Of a stretch of 64,000 nucleotides of DNA, positions 63,501 to 64,000 are shown in pieces. The first letter of the stretch is position 1. Each line of letters starts with the position of its first letter. The stretch covers positions 14,512,998-14,576,997 of the forward strand of contig OZ037767.1 in the NCBI GenBank assembly GCA_964035545.1. The letters are read 5' to 3'. The DNA comes from Bugula neritina (Eukaryota > Animalia > Bryozoa). Under the pieces are notes generated by a model that saw nothing but the letters and a program-made list of their open reading frames with translations, was not told the origin of the DNA and searched no databases. Position numbers and translations under genes: made by a program.

Positions 63501-64000
63501 AACTTAAAAGTTGAAAAATTTGGTTTAAGCAAGTGGTAAGTCAGTTTTGCATCTAATTATTTCAACTCCATCATGGAGATTAGAAGCTAGGGAATATACA
63601 TTAAAAGTTAAGCCACATACTTGTACACCTGATGGTGCAGCTGCATTTTAATTTAGCCAGGCTTTGAATTACTGCCATCACTATGAGGGAGTACAGTGAC
63701 CTTCTAAGCAGTCTGCCTCTCCAATAGCAAACTAACTTCAACTCATTTTATACAGCTATTGCTGTTGCTGACATGTTTCAATGTCTGTAATATTTCTCTG
63801 CAGTGCTACTACATGCCTGCTAAAGACACACCACACTGATGACATAATAATGTGGACATTAGCTTCCTGTTCAGCAGCAAGTGCTGACTTAATGGCAACA
63901 GAGATCTATGCAAAGCATTGCCACTAGTTGTTACCTCTCCACTGACCTAATTAACGTAGATAGTGCCAGTGGTAGCTTTCGAGATTCCACATAACTCCTT

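Noticed and set aside
58000-64000. Short ORFs in the right-hand 6 kb
   Set aside because: AT-rich, low-complexity translations without motifs; no supportable gene model.

Overview
AT-rich, intron-rich animal (invertebrate-like) genomic DNA; the species cannot be identified from the window. Reading splice sites by hand shows a cluster of three paralogous BCL11/CTIP (Drosophila chronophage-like) zinc-finger transcription-factor genes. Gene A is on the minus strand, starts at 2739 and runs off the left edge. Gene B is on the minus strand, 26072->6049, with about 13 exons and about 609 aa. Gene C is on the plus strand, 34236->57575, with about 14 exons and about 747 aa. B and C are head-to-head. 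All three carry the MSRRKQxxP NuRD-binding motif, a CCHC 'ZnF0' finger and a ZnF1. B and C also carry a ZnF4-6-type DNA-binding cluster and share intron phases. The most striking signal is that B and C are barely alignable over most of their length, yet the core of their DNA-binding exon is identical at 157 of 159 nt, including synonymous sites. This suggests exon-restricted gene conversion between inverted paralogs. Also present: a 5'-truncated Penelope-like (RT + GIY-YIG) retroelement with a minimal hammerhead ribozyme inside a (TA)n tract, local duplications that multiply splice sites in gene B, a cluster of TGACCA motifs at the gene C promoter, tRNA-derived repeats, a palindromic MITE-like element and many micro/minisatellites. 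Small middle exons are hand-predicted and need RNA support.
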